A DNA stretch of 64,000 bases from an uncultured Verrucomicrobiae bacterium (GTDB lineage: Bacteria; Verrucomicrobiota; Verrucomicrobiia; Chthoniobacterales; JAFAMB01). Every line of letters starts with the position of its first letter. The stretch's first letter is position 1. The DNA is taken from positions 96,001 to 160,000 of the forward strand of contig CAWEXO010000013.1 in assembly GCA_963813025.1 (NCBI GenBank), read 5' to 3'. Shown piece after piece: positions 63,514 to 64,000 of this stretch. The notes under the pieces were generated by a model. It did no database searches and was not told the origin of the DNA. It saw only the letters and a list, made by a program, of their open reading frames with translations. A program made the position numbers and the translations under genes.

Positions 63514-63972
63514 ATGGGAGATAAGCTGACGCACGTCACGCCGGACGGCCGCGTCCAAATGGTCGATGTTTCGTCCAAGCCGCTCGTTCATCGGGTGGCC
63601 GTGGCGGAAGGATCGCTCACGATGCAGACTGCGACCCGAGCGCTGATCAGCGCTCACCAGATCGCCAAAGGCAATGTGCTGGCCACGGCGCAGATTGCCG
63701 CCATTCAAGCGATCAAACGCACCGATGAACTTATCCCGCTCTGCCATACGCTCCCGGTGCAACACGTTGAGCTCGATTTTGCGGAAAGCTCCTCCGGCTT
63801 GACCATTCGTTGCCGGGTAACGACGATCGCCGGCACGGGAGTGGAGATGGAAGCCCTCACCGGGGTGTGCATTGCCGCCCTGACAATCTATGACATGTGC
63901 AAGGCGGTAGATCAATCGATGGTTATCGGCTCCGTCCGCCTGATCTCAAAGACCAAAGAAACCGCCTCATAA
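63514..63972 (+). CDS. moaC: Cyclic pyranopterin monophosphate synthase
   Basis: MVDVSSK, LIPLCH, GVEMEAL and YDMCKAVD. Confidence 0.96.
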   Translation: MGDKLTHVTPDGRVQMVDVSSKPLVHRVAVAEGSLTMQTATRALISAHQIAKGNVLATAQIAAIQAIKRTDELIPLCHTLPVQHVELDFAESSSGLTIRCRVTTIAGTGVEMEALTGVCIAALTIYDMCKAVDQSMVIGSVRLISKTKETAS

Positions 63973-64000
63973 AAACCCTTATCCGGCCTGTTCTCTTTGT

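Noticed and set aside
62800..63915. Long antisense ORFs (also 23811..24617, 29791..30663, 44243..45019, 51627..52406)
   Set aside because: Shadow ORFs opposite well-supported genes in a GC-rich genome.

Overview
A 64-kb stretch of mostly core chromosome from a Verrucomicrobiota-like bacterium. The taxonomy is inferred from the long Chlamydia/PVC-type GreA, the ThrS insert and the REP families. Housekeeping content includes queA (3' end), tadA, rpe, purN, P-II, gatCA, kamA-like, degP, rpmI-rplT-pheST with a probable 6S RNA, thrS-infC(ATT start)-STAS-rplI-dnaB-nrdR, argCJB/argDF split by a GH4 gene, hppA, glgA, obg, eno, greA, an ABC exporter, mreBCD-mrdA-rng and mog/moaA/moaC. Several essential genes carry frameshifts that are most likely assembly errors. 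The most interesting signals are three. (1) Two divergent IS110-family elements, each inserted in a REP-like palindrome. For both, the ends, a circle-junction promoter and bridge-RNA-like guide segments can be reconstructed by eye. Both also carry the same 67-nt 5' hairpin (CGGAGTTATTCA-N43-TGAATAACTCCG), which is not part of the bridge RNA model as I know it. (2) A stand-alone, signal-peptide-bearing nuclease-toxin-like gene followed by an immunity-like gene. (3) Many distinct intergenic palindrome and short-period repeat families, one showing compensatory changes. An IS630 sits exactly in a stop codon. No CRISPR array, tRNA or rRNA was seen. All family calls are by motif recognition, not database searches.
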